Source of the DNA: Octopus bimaculoides
Taxonomy: Eukaryota
Assembly (NCBI RefSeq): GCF_001194135.2
Contig: NC_068990.1
Location: 33,904,349-33,968,348 of the forward strand
Direction of reading: 5' to 3'
Length of the DNA: 64,000 bases
In this document: positions 52,645 through 64,000 of the stretch, in pieces
Layout: each line of letters opens with the position of its first letter
How positions within the stretch are numbered: the stretch's first letter is position 1
Program-made: the position numbers and the translations under genes
Notes under the pieces: generated by a model
What the model was told of the DNA's origin: nothing
The model's database searches: none
Seen by the model: the letters and a program-made list of their open reading frames with translations, nothing else

Positions 52645-54549
52645 TTAATCAAGTAATATTTTATCAACAGCTTATTAATGAAAAGTAACATGAAACTACA
52701 GGAATGGTAGAAAATGCAGTATTTTCTATTTTAAACTTCAGTCTTAAATTGAAATTGTGTCAGAGTTAGGATTGTGTTTCTTCTATAGCCAACAGATACC
52801 AGTAATATACTGATCTGTAAACGACCTTCATCACTAATAAAATAAATGACCTTGAGTCTAATGAAAATATTTACTGCAAAGAATGAAGTTCTCAAACGTT
52901 TGAAAGATTTATTAATTATGTTATAAATTCCAAGAGAAACTGACACCTTAGCTACCATTTTGGCTTTAATGTTGTAAAGTGCCACAGTTTTCAGAAGTTT
53001 TAGCAAAGTTCAACTTAACAGAAGTCAAACAAAAAATTTCATATACACACACAGATGCGCGATCACATTTTTTAAAATTATTCTTTGAAAGGTTTTATAT
53101 CAATAGTTATTCTCATTAAATTTGAAATTTATTAATACTTCAAGAGAATTCACAAGGTGGTAATGAGGGATGGGGGAAGGAAGGTGAGAGGAGAGACAAA
53201 ATGGACTTGGAAGAAACAATGCTTTTGATATTTCTTTAAGAAACTAGATATCTGATTATTTTTTAATATTTTTTATGACTACATATTATTTCAGGAACTA
53301 ACGCCTGATTTCACTGCTCAATCAAAATAGTTTTCTGTACTTTAGGTGATGAGAAGAATATGGCATGAAAGTCATAAAAGGAATGATTATTGATATAAAT
53401 GACCATAAAGCCAAAAGACGTTGACAAAGATATTTCAACAGTTAAAGAAAGAGTGAGAGGAGTATATATTTTGGAAATGATGTACAAAAGACACAGAAAT
53501 GATCATTGATTTTTATGGAGGGTACATGGCAGTTTACTGCTTTTCTTTTATTTTTATATAGGACAAAAATATTCTTGCTGAAAGATCGATAATGTTTTGA
53601 AATGTACTGGAATGACCAATTCAAAGAAAGAAAAATGCAGAAGACTGATATAAAGAGATGGAGATAAAAAAAAAGAAAAGAAAAGAAAGAGGAGAAATGG
53701 AAAAAGATGTAAAGCTCTTTGAAGATGACAAGAAAGACACCTGTCAAATATGAGACAACTAATATTAACTGTTCAACTTTAAAATATCAGTGAAAATAAT
53801 CAAATATTCATATGGGAATTTTGTGAGAGTTGTGTTGTGTGTAAAGACTATTGTGGACTCAAATATTATATGTATGTGTGTGTGTCAATAAATATGTAAA
53901 GATGAAGTTATAGAAGCACGTTATGCTCATATATAATATAGATATGTTATGTTCATACATAATATAGACATATACAAATGCATATGTCTGTTGCCATATG
54001 GATTATTGCCATGCACAGATCTACTTTTAAGTGTACAGTATGCTGCAACATGGATGTTGTGAAAGTAGGCTTATGAATAGGTCAAGGAGATTTAAATATG
54101 GTTGACTGCCTACAAGAAGCAAAATGAATGCAATGTTCCATAGGTTTTTGGTTCAAAACCAATTTCAATTGTGAATATCTCTGGGAAGGACATAAACTCC
54201 ACAACAGTACTTTGGTTGTTGTTTTTTTTAATATTATTTGGTTCGGTTAGGAGTGGGGGATGTTGTCAAGCATGACCACAGCCATAATGTCTGTTATGAT
54301 CTTAAGAACCAAAAGAACCTAACAGATATTTTGAAAATTTTATCTGTAGCAGAATAGCCGAAATATGTTAAACTTATCTAAAACTTAGCATGTATCTGAT
54401 GTCTAAATTCTAATGAATTCAAAATATAAAACATGGTCGTGTGTGTGTGTGTGTGTGTGTGTGCTAATGCACTCATACTTAGTTAAATGAATAGATAAAC
54501 ATATCTGAAGTATATATTCATTTTGACTGCACCCTTATATATATATATA

Positions 54550-54844
54550 NNNNNNNNNNNNNNNNNNNNNNNNNNNNNNNNNNNNNNNNNNNNNNNNNNN
54601 NNNNNNNNNNNNNNNNNNNNNNNNNNNNNNNNNNNNNNNNNNNNNNNNNNNNNNNNNNNNNNNNNNNNNNNNNNNNNNNNNNNNNNNNNNNNNNNNNNNN
54701 NNNNNNNNNNNNNNNNNNNNNNNNNNNNNNNNNNNNNNNNNNNNNNNNNNNNNNNNNNNNNNNNNNNNNNNNNNNNNNNNNNNNNNNNNNNNNNNNNNNN
54801 NNNNNNNNNNNNNNNNNNNNNNNNNNNNNNNNNNNNNNNNNNNN
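54550..54844. other. Assembly gap (other N runs at 15674-15793, 17375-17402, 23683-23692 and 40135-40348)
   Basis: Runs of N. Confidence 0.99.
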
Positions 54845-54917
54845 CACATATGTGTATATATATATATATATATGTACATATGTAAATAATATGTATATAT
54901 GTGCATGTCTGTGTATG

Positions 54918-54956
<39 letters not shown>

Positions 54957-55399
54957 CTTTGTTGGTATATATGTATATTTGTCCAGTAATATGCATGTTT
55001 GGGAGATAAAGAATGTATATGCATGCACATGAAACCTTCACACAAAGCTGTAGTTTACAGTTGCAATTTAACAAACTATTCAATATTCATCCCTGTACAA
55101 CAACCAGAAACAATACATTTCCAATATTTGTGGCACTGATGTTCCATTATTACAGATAAGAGTCTTTGATGTTTGAAATTCTAATTCATTTCAAATTTAT
55201 CTTCAAATGCGTTTACTCAGCAGAATCTCAGTGAAATTTGTGAGGTGATCTATAAAGTTGGTGGTAAGAGAGTACGCTGATATTTTACATTTTTGTTTGG
55301 TTACAGATGAGATTGTTAAACTGAATACATTGGCAGAGATTAGAAAATATATAAAGTTGTCTGTCATAGGATGTTGTGTTTACTGGAGACAGTAGGAAA

Positions 55400-55880
55400 G
55401 AGATGAGCAGAAGGACGATGACATGAGTGGGAGGAAAGAACCAGGACATGGGTAGGAGGAAAGAGACTGATAGGAGGAGGAGGATAAAAGGTGACAATGA
55501 CCAGAACACGGATCAATCAAAAAGACAACAGGAGTAGGAGTAAGGATGGTAATGAAATGAGTTGAAGGAAAAAGAGACAAGAATGGTAGGAGTAGGAGAA
55601 AAAATGTCAGTGATAGGAATAGGAAAAAAGCAACCATGATAGGAGGAGGAGAAGAAAAGGTAACAGGAGTAGGAGAAAAAAAGTAGTGATGACTGGGATT
55701 GGGGAAGGAAAAATAGCAGGAGTAGGAGGAGAAAGACATGATCAAGAAGAGGCAGAGAAGAAAGATAAGAATGACAAGTGGAGGAGGAGGAGAAAACCAG
55801 GAAGAAGGGTAGAAATAGGAGGGAAAAGATTGAACACGAGAAAAGAAGAATTTGGAAGAAGACGATAATGATGATAATTG
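55400..55880 (+). repeat. Purine-rich low-complexity tract (GGA/AGG/GAA)
   Basis: Almost all purines on the plus strand, with repeated gataggaggagga and aggagtaggag units. Confidence 0.8.
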
Positions 55881-57708
55881 TGTTTATAATAATATCCACT
55901 GTTAGAATTTAAGTGATTAATTACTTCTCTTGATGAAGTATAGCTTAATTATTTCTGGAGAAACAAGAAACATAAATGAATGAACCAAAGAACATCACCA
56001 CAGCATTGTTTGTTGATGTGACTGGATAGATTCATTGCCCTTCATACAGACACATGAATCTGATACCTGTAATTAATCATTCTCTTACCATTTTTGCACT
56101 TATCTTTTGTTTGTGTTCTTACTTAAAAACCACTTATCTGTTGCAAAGCAAATATGCCAAGTGACTTCATTTTAATTAACTTATTTTATATGTCATGCTT
56201 CAATAACAAGTCAATTTGAACCTGTAATTAAGAACCTGGAATTCATATAGTGTAGGGCAGTGAGCTGGCAGAATTGTTAGCATGCCAGACAAAATGCTTA
56301 ATAGTATTTCATCCATCTTTACACTCTGAGTTCAAATTCCTTTTCTACTCCAGGCACAAGGCCCCAAATTTTTTTGTGGGGAGGAGGCCAGTCAATTAGA
56401 TCGACCCCAGTATGCCCAGAGATGGGCAAAATGCTGCTAAGCATTTTCCAGGCATGCTAACGATTCTGCCAGCTTCCCACCTTATTTTGAATTGTAACTA
56501 TTGAGCAACAATATTGTTGGTTTTCAAAAGACCAATTATTGCATCACTGTATTCCTGGCAATGAGAGTGACAAGGAAATGTCTCTAACCATGGAGCAGAA
56601 CAAATATTATTTTCTACTCTAGGTACAAGGCCCGAAATTTTTGGGGAGGAGGCCAGTCTATTAGATCGACCCCAGTATGCAACTGGTACTTAATTTATTG
56701 ACCCCAAAAGGATGAAAGGTAAAGCTGACCTCAGTGGCATTGGAGCTCAGAACATAAAGACTGATGAAATACCGGCATGCTAACATTTCTTATTTCTTTA
56801 TTGCCCACAAGGGGCTAAACATAGAGGGGACAGATAAAGGGATTAAGTCGATTACATCAACCCCAGTGCATAACTGGTACTTAATTTATCGACTCCAAAA
56901 GGATGAAAGGCAAAGTCGACCTTGGCGGAATTTGAACTCAGAACGTAATGGCAGATGAAATACCGCTAAGCATTTCGCCCGGCATGCTAACATTTCTGCC
57001 AGCTATCTGTTGATATGGCATGCACAGAAAAGATACTTCAGCTAGAAAAAGACCAATATGATATATTGGTCAAGGCAAGTTGCACATTTCAGATGGATGG
57101 ATGGGGATATCCTAATGATATCTTATAGTTTAGTGCTAAAGTATAAGTAATCCATAGTCTAAAGAGGGAAACAGAAAATAGTTCATCATAGATTGGCTGA
57201 TATATGTGAGAGAAAGGCTAAAGTTAAGAGCAATGAACAAATCTTAGCTGTTGCATGGTTGGAGTGATGCATCCAGTTTGTTATGATGGTTGTATAGATG
57301 ATAGAGAGGAAAAACATGTTACAGAAGAAACTAGAATTCCTTGATTACATCAATGCTGCTCAATACCTCTGAAGGAAGCCATATTGATGGAAAGTACTAA
57401 ATCAGTGAGATCACTAGTTGACAACTGAAGAAGGGATTGTCAAACAATGCAAGCTTTATGGAAAATATAAATGTAATGATCTTTTTAGCATAATTTGGCA
57501 AAGCTCAAAACCCATAAGACAACAACAGTCAGTCAAAACCATAATGCCCTTCCACACCTGTCTCCAGGTTTCTCTGTAAGTAATTACATTGAACTTTTTG
57601 GTACTCAGTACTTTCTTCCATTGCTCAATCTTACCATTGTCCAGAAATATTTAACCATTACATGGATTTATAAATCAATAATGTCAGAAATATATATACT
57701 GTTTACAT

Positions 57709-58082
57709 CAGTGGTTCCCAAACTTTTTCAGACTGCCACCCACTTGGCATCCAAGCCTCATTCCTAGCACACCCCTCTTCCTGCCCCCACTCACCACCAC
57801 AAATATAGATCACTTTCTGAAGCAAATTGAAAACAACTGTAATTCGCAAATAAATCTTAATTTAATTAACCCTTTATTTTGAGGCTTTTTTTTTACATTC
57901 ACCCCCTTTTTCCCACCCCATTATTGCCCCGCTTTTCTTCAATGCATCCCTGAATCTTTCTGCCACCCCCAAGGGGGCAGTACTGCTCACTTTGGGAACC
58001 ATTGGGTAATATAGCAGCAAGTTAGATATAGTTCACTATTTGTGTCCCTGGGGGGCAGTACCGCTCACTTTGGGAACCACTG
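57709..58082. mobile_element. hAT (Charlie-like) non-autonomous element with a tandemly duplicated right end
   Basis: CAGTGGTTCCCAAA at 57709. TTTGGGAACCA(T/C)TG occurs twice (ending 58004 and 58082) because a roughly 78-bp unit (right TIR plus flank) is repeated. An 8-bp TSD was not clearly recovered. Confidence 0.7.
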
Positions 58083-59598
58083 TGTTAGATAGTAGCAAGT
58101 TAAATATAGTTCACTATTTGTGCATGCATTCTTAATTTAAAAGATAAATTAATGGTATCTTGACACAAACGTATTGAAAGGAAATTATTTTACTTATGAG
58201 GCGGTGTACTGGAAAAAAGATGTGTTTGGTGACGCTGCTAGAAGATAGAAATAGTAAAAGGAAGTCCTGGAAATGATTAGTTTAAAGGGAAGGGAGATGC
58301 CCAACCTCTCATAAGATGTATCTTGAAATATATGTGAAAATGTAATTTTTGAAAACTCACAGACAAAAGTTAATCCAAGCCTGCATAGAAAAGATAATGA
58401 TGATAATGAGGATGAAGATGACAATAACAATGTTGAGTAGGAGAAAGGTTCTTATGTTAAGGGATCTGACATGTAAATTTAAAATCTGTTTTGTCCACTT
58501 TCCACAGCCATAAAATCACATCTCTCACAGGCATAATTTCGAAGTAATTTTAGAGTAAGAGTTTATTTCATATCACTGCAGATAGAAGTTGAAACCATTA
58601 CAATCTGTTTTGATACCTTTGATACTGCAGCCAGTATTTTAATTATGAAAAAAAAATAGAAATGGGCAATAACTGATACAGCATACAAGAGAAACTTTAG
58701 TCCTCCATGCATGGTATCTGACTAAAATCCACAAAATGCTTTGTAAAGTGGTTAGGGATAGGAGGGGTATTCAACCATAAAAAGCATGTCAGACAGGAAT
58801 GTACAAGCAAGACATGGACTTTGCAAGGTAGAAATGACTCTTTAGCACTCCCAAATGGAACAATCTCTCTAATATTGCAAGCAAAATAAAATATCCCAAT
58901 CCACATAGTAAAACATACCCAACAACAAATTTGGCTGGTTGTTTTCTTTTTGTTGAATTTTGAGCTAAATGAGGTGAACAACAATGATTATCAGCCTTTC
59001 TAACCCATGCCAGCAGAAAAAAATGGATGGAAATTGTTTATGGCTCTCAATATCTGCAGTCTAATACTGAGGAGTATTATTCTGCATTCTACAAGGATCC
59101 CAACACAAGAATGGAAAGCCATTAGCAAAATGATGAAAAATATTGAATTGTGATCACTAAAATTCCTATCAATTCCACATTGACAAAAACAGAAATGCCA
59201 AAGTAACAATTTCTCACTTTGTCTCACTTTAAGATGCCATAAGGCCTCTTGTGTATGTGTTTCATATGCATTTTAAAACCAGTTTCCTGAAAATAAAGGT
59301 GTTTTTTGTGCCACCTATGAAGTCAAATTTTTTTCCTGCCTATCATACAATTTCCAGTAACAATGTTCAGCAGTAGTAATTATCCTCAGCATCATTACTA
59401 ATTTATTTTCTATCTGAAATAGCAGCTTTTAGAAAAACAATAATTCACCAAGAAGCAATGATTCTTCAATTTACCTGCCCAACACTTAAGTCCTACTGTT
59501 TGTATGTATATCATAGCTTACAGCAAAACATAATTACAAATAATATATTGAGTGTGTGACTGAATCGTAGAGAACAAAGACTAATTTACTTGAGACAC

Positions 59599-59644
<46 letters not shown>

Positions 59645-59919
59645 TGTGATTATATATATGTGTGTGTGTGTGTGTTTATAATCCTTTTACTGAATTGTCC
59701 ATATGCTGCTAAATACTTGATGGTATATCATCTAAAAAAATATTAACTGAAGAAGTAGAGCTTTATGCAAACACAAACTTGAATGTTGTTACATGATGTT
59801 GCATATTGTTACATGCCAAGTTACACAATGTACCTCTGTTCTAAATGAAAAAAACACTACAATATCATATGCAGCAATATTCAAAACTATCTATTCAATG
59901 CATCCTTATTACTAAATGT

Positions 59920-60127
59920 GTGTACTCTCTTTACTTGTTTCAGTCATTTGACTGCGGCCATGCTGGAGCACCGCCTTTTAGTCGAGTAGGTCGACCTCAG
60001 GACTTATTCTTTGTAAGCCTAGTACTTATTCTATCAGCCTCTTTTGCTGAACTGCTAAGTTACGGGGACGTAAACACACCAGCATCGGTTGTCAAGCGAT
60101 GTTGGGGGGACAAACACAGACACACAA

Positions 60128-60206
<79 letters not shown>

Positions 60207-60362
60207 CGACATGCTTCTTTCAGTTTCTGTCTACCAAATCCACTCACAAGGCTTTGGTCGGCCCAAGGCTATAGTAGAAGACACTTGCCCAAGGTACCAC
60301 GCAGTGGGACTGAACCCAAAACCATGTGGTTGGTAAGCAAGCTACTTACCACACAGCTACTC

Positions 60363-60365
<3 letters not shown>
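59920..60365 (-). mobile_element. tRNA/CORE-like SINE with an internal (CA)n(TA)n tract (family also at 12330-12690, 21680-22030, 22780-23230 and 39845-40920)
   Basis: The minus-strand head ggagtagctgtgtggtaagtagcttgcttaccaaccacatggttttgggttcagtcccactgcgtggtaccttgggcaagtgtctt has A/B boxes and the CORE-like ccttgggcaagt. Confidence 0.8.
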
Positions 60366-60397
<32 letters not shown>

Positions 60398-60718
60398 GGT
60401 GCATGTCTTAGGGTATTTGGCACACAATCATAAGGCTGTATGTTTGATGCCCAGCAATGTGTTGTGTCCTTGAGCAAGGCACTTTATTTCATATTGCTCC
60501 AATTCACTTAGCTAGCAAAAGTGAGTAATACCTGTATTTCAAAGGGCCAGCCTTGTTACATTCTGTGTCATATTCAATCTCTCTGCAAACAATGCTAAGG
60601 GTACACATGTCTGTGGAGGGCTCAGCCACTTGCATGTTAAATCTCATCAGTAGGCTGTTCTATTGATTGGATCAACTGGAACACTTGTTGTAACCCAACA
60701 GAGTGCCTCCTATATGTA

Positions 60719-60910
60719 CAAGGTGATTCAAAAGTCTCCATGTATCAACAACAACAGCCATCACCAGATGTGCTATTATATGTTCACAATGAGTGGGGTA
60801 AACATTTTGCAATGTGTATTCAAAACAATGGTAACCATGTGGAGCCTGTTAAATAAAAAAAAAAATTTCCTTAAATTGTTCCTATGTATGCCGACTTTTG
60901 AATCACCCTG
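60719..60910. mobile_element. Tc1/mariner-type MITE
   Basis: TA|CAAGGTGATTCAAAAGTC...GACTTTTGAATCACCCTG|TA: 18-bp TIRs with one mismatch and TA target duplication. Confidence 0.8.
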
Positions 60911-61414
60911 TATATATATATCAACATCATCATCATCATTCTTGTTTAACATCCACCTTCCATGCAGGCAAGGGTTGGATGGTTTGACAGGAGCCGGCTA
61001 TGTAGAAGACTACCGCAGGTCATTGTCTCTGTTTTTACAGCTGGGTGCCCTTCTTAAGACCAACCACTCCACAGAGTGGACTGAGTGCTTTTTATGTGGC
61101 ACCAGCACAGGTGAAGTCAGTTTTTGCATGGTTTTTACAGCTGGATGCCCTTCCAAATGCCAACCACTTTACAGTGTGGACTGGATGCTTTGTTAAGTGG
61201 CACCAACACTGGCAGCAATACTTGTTTCAGTCATTAGACTGCAGCCATGCTGGGGCACCACCTTGAAATTTTAGTCAAATGAATCAACCGTACTTATTCT
61301 ATCAGTCTCTTTTGCAGAATTACTATGTTATAGGGACACAAACTCACCACCACCAGTTGCCAAGTGGTGATGGGGGGACAAACACAAACAGACTCACATA
61401 CACACATGCATGCA

Positions 61415-61485
<71 letters not shown>

Positions 61486-62085
61486 GTATATATATATATA
61501 TACAATGGACTTCTTCAGTTTCAGTCTACAAAATCCATTCACAAGACTTTGTTCAGCCTGAGGCTATACTAGAAGACACCTGCACAAGGCGCCAAGCAGT
61601 GGGACTGAACCCAGAACAATATGGTTGGGATGGAAACTTCTTACCACACATCTACACATGTGCTCAATACTTATACCAATCAGAGCTTATTTATTCAAAA
61701 TGGCAACATAAAAGTTCAGTTTCTTATGAATAAGTACCAATGGGCTTTTCAGTCTATTTGCCAGGTGACACTACAGGTCCGACTGTTTTGTTTAAAGCAA
61801 AGGAGAATTTGTGTACTTCCCTCTTTAATCATACTTTCCTACACTGCAGTCAATATATACTTCCAGTATCACGCTAGGGGTACATATTTTAATTTTAAAC
61901 GTTTTGTTCTCTGAAATTTGCCACAATGGAGATGAGTTTTTTTCTGTCTTAAACATGTTATTCTTGCATAGGTTCATATTACACACAGTTAAGAATATTT
62001 CAGTATTCTGTTAATTGGTACAGTTTCATGTATATATGCTACTACAGTCCTCAAATTAGAAATTGATCAGCAAAAATAATATTCA

Positions 62086-62378
62086 CCCATTACCTCCCAT
62101 AATTCTATTAACTGCAATTTTTTTTTTATGAAACTTTGATTTCTAGCATAAAACAGCCTGAGAAACATGCTGGAATGATCAAAATAACATTTCAAAATAA
62201 CATTCTAAATAGAAATAAGCGAGATATTGGGTGAAAAATTAGCAAACCTCATTTGAATATCAGAGAAATATACCTAGTAGATATAGCAAAAAGGTTAGAT
62301 ATGTGTAAATATTGACAGTTAATAATGAAATTTGTAATTTTTAAGTGATCTCATATGAGATCACTGGTAGGTAATGGG
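62086..62378. mobile_element. piggyBac-type MITE, third family, containing a 22-bp perfect palindrome
   Basis: TTCA|CCCATTACCTCCCA ... TGGTAGGTAATGGG|TTAA with 14-bp TIRs carrying one mismatch. AGTGATCTCATATGAGATCACT at 62344-62365. Confidence 0.65.
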
Positions 62379-62410
62379 TTAAGAATTGCAACAGGAAAAT
62401 GAATATTTAC

Positions 62411-62536
62411 CACTTTCAAAGCAAGCATCAAATGTCAAATGACCTTGTTTTGGTTTGCCAAAATATCCCTGTGGCACAACAGTCAACTTATTAACATTGC
62501 CAACCAATGTCTCCTCACTGATATCAGAATCACTAC
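62411..62536 (-). CDS. AGBL4: Cytosolic carboxypeptidase 6 (CCP6), internal coding exon (probable exon 2), 126 nt, phase 1-1
   Basis: Minus strand reads tttgtatattttgcag|GT AGT GAT...GAA AGT G|gtaaat and translates as (x)SDSDISEETLVGNVNKLTVVPQGYFGKPKQGHLTFDACFES(G). This matches the AGBL4 N-terminal motif GNVSK...P.GY.G.PKKGHLIFDACFESG. Splice sites are canonical AG/GT. Confidence 0.93.
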
Positions 62537-64000
62537 CTGCAAAATATACAAAGCAAAGAATTATTTGGCATCTGATAAGAGACTTAAAAATTTAAAAACA
62601 AATAAAATAAACATGTACCAGTTATCAAAGTCTTTTAAAAAGGAAAACAGCAAAAATACCAAACAAAAAAAAAGGAGAAAAAAGTATGAATTTGTACAGA
62701 AACTGACCTAGCTAAAAATGGTTCTTTATTAAAGAAGGTATCAAATTTTGTTTGCATAATGCACGTGATTTCATTTTGAAATTAGCCAGCTAAGAGGAGA
62801 TAACCTACTGACATGTTAAACCTAAAGATCACAAGAAGAAATTGAAGAATTATTCAAATCTCTTTTTTTCACAGAAAGTCTTCAGTTTAATCTCTTATTT
62901 TAATTAGTATAATTGTTTTATTTATTTTTCATAAACTGATCACATTTATAGATAATCTTACATTTGTTACATATATCTATTTTCTATTTCATAAATTCAA
63001 TTCCATAAAAGTAAAAAAAAAGAAAATTAAAAAAGAAATCTGAAATGAAAGAAACTTAATTAATAACAAGAGAAATGTAAACAGAACAGACTGTGTGCAA
63101 TAATGTGTTTTTAGCTGATATTTAATTTGAAAATATTCTTGGAGATACATGACTGCAGTGAAAAAAAAATCATATTTCCTTTTAAAAAAATTTCAAAAAA
63201 TATTTCTAATTTTCATCACAGTTTGAAGGAAATGAAACACTCCTGTTTAATTTGAGCACTATGACGATATGTTTATACAGACTTAGAGTTGAAAACAAAC
63301 TAAAATAGTCATATTTGTACTTTAATTTTCGTGTTTTAACTTGAGGTTAAAATCTATAATGATACAGTTGACTTTCTTGGATAAAGGTAAGACTACTGCT
63401 TCAGCTGGATGAGTTAGATGTTAGGATACAATTTGCATCCTGTTATTGCTGTTATGTTGTATCTAGTAAATGAGCCACAGATATGTCCTTGTGGTTTAGC
63501 AGTTCAGGTAGTACTTGGTCTCATTCCATTGTACTTCATTTTTGTTGAATCTCTTCTACAAGAGATCCAGGTTGACTAATATATTCTTTTCTTCTCTAGG
63601 CACAAGGCCCAAAATTTTGGGGGAGGTGGGGCACCAAGTCAATTAGATCGATCTCAGTATGCAACTGATACTTAATTTACTGACCTCGAAAGGATGAAAG
63701 GCAAAGTTGACCTGGGCGGAATTTGAACTCAAAACGTAAAGACAGACGAAATACCACTACGCATTTTGCCTGGCGTCTCTTATTTCTTTATTGCCCACGA
63801 GGGGCTAAACATAGAGGGGACAAACAAGGACAGACAAAGGGATTAAGTTGATTACATCGACCCCAGTGCATAACTGGTACTTAATTTATCGACACCGAAA
63901 GGATGAAATGCAAAGTCGACCTCAGCAGAATTTGAACTCAGAAAATAACGGCAGACGAAATACAGCTGAGCATTTCGTCCGGCATACTAACGATTGTGCC

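Noticed and set aside
62439-62711. Plus-strand 90-aa ORF
   Set aside because: It is antisense to the AGBL4 exon at 62411-62536 plus AT-rich intron, and has no independent signal.

Overview
AT-rich, microsatellite-dense animal genomic DNA with five assembly gaps. The SINE/LINE complement looks like octopus (inference from recognised repeat families). The window lies inside one very large minus-strand gene, cytosolic carboxypeptidase 6 (AGBL4/CCP6). Two coding exons are visible (62411-62536 and 45883-46007), neither is in the ORF track, and they are separated by a 16.4 kb intron. I found no further AGBL4 exon by eye in the remaining 45.9 kb. The intronic DNA holds an intronless, decayed IDH3G retrocopy about 400 bp downstream of the second exon and a 2.7 kb decayed piggyBac whose ends match a MITE family in the window and whose transposase 3' end is duplicated in inverted orientation (hairpin). 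It also holds three Penelope-like remnants (one beside a possible U3-A8 hammerhead core), mariner/Tc1/hAT fossils, two RTE LINE families, many tRNA-derived SINEs, several foldback elements (one with telomeric repeats at its centre) and a probable LTR. Most ORF-track entries are microsatellite or antisense artefacts.
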